The notes beneath the pieces are model-generated. The model had not been told where the DNA came from and did no database searches. It saw only the letters and a list, made by a program, of their open reading frames with translations. The translations under genes and the position numbers were made by a program. 64,000 bases of DNA from Octopus vulgaris. Lineage: Eukaryota. Location: positions 125,488,001 through 125,552,000 of the forward strand of contig OX597814.1 of assembly GCA_951406725.2 (NCBI GenBank), read 5' to 3'. This document shows, piece after piece, positions 63,451 through 64,000 of the stretch; the stretch's first letter is position 1; every line of letters starts with the position of its first letter.

Positions 63451-64000
63451 ATATTGTATACGGAATTATAGTACATTATATGTATAGAGTATGTTTATAT
63501 GTTGTATATTATATTGTGATAGAATCGTTAGAGAGTCAGAAAAACTGCTTTACTACATTTGCTTCAGCTCCGAGTTCAAACCATGCTGGGATCAAATTTA
63601 CCTGTCATACTTTTAGGGTCGTTAAAATGCAGTACCGTTCAATTGCCCTAACTTTGAAATTCTTGGTCTTTTACCTAAATTCGAAACCATATTGAAAGAT
63701 ATTTGGTATATATTGTATACTGTACATGTATATGTAAAACTGTGGCACTTCGCATATACCGTACGCCGTGTGTGTTACACTCTATGTATGGCATACGTTG
63801 CGTATATTAATTTATTGCGTATATGGTACATTGTATTGTCGTGATGGTGACTTGGATGGATTGATGTGGGGCTGGTAAATGATGAGATATTTTCATGACA
63901 AGCATGGACATGCATGTCACTCAACTGCCTTCGGTACTCTGCAATTAGTTGAGCGATAAAACGATCTTTTATAGGATACAAGAACATTCGAGAAAACCAT

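Overview
This is eukaryotic, AT-rich, repeat-saturated DNA, intergenic or intronic. The SINE/LINE repertoire and microsatellite density point to an octopus (coleoid cephalopod) genome; that is inference. I found no convincing host protein-coding gene, and almost all ORFs in the track are microsatellite translations. The recognisable coding sequence is all transposon debris: four mariner remnants, two long CR1/L2-type RT remnants plus a CR1 3' end, two Penelope-like (RT/GIY-YIG) remnants, RTE 3' ends with C2H2 fingers, R4/Dong-like RLE 3' ends inside (TACA)n, and a hAT remnant. Also present are non-autonomous Helitrons, a solo LTR, a hAT MITE and dozens of tRNA-derived SINEs, labelled here with working names A-G. 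The most interesting signal is a set of minimal type-I hammerhead ribozyme motifs between 25 and 46.5 kb, in Penelope-type terminal repeats embedded in (TA)n. They include a canonical C3:G8 core and compensatory G3:C8 and U3:A8 cores. Other notable items are a SINE/LINE pair sharing a 3' tail, a local inverted daughter copy of a SINE carrying its unique flank, recurrent SINE self-insertion at one site, and an inversion splitting a mariner. Coordinates of degraded elements are approximate and were read by eye.
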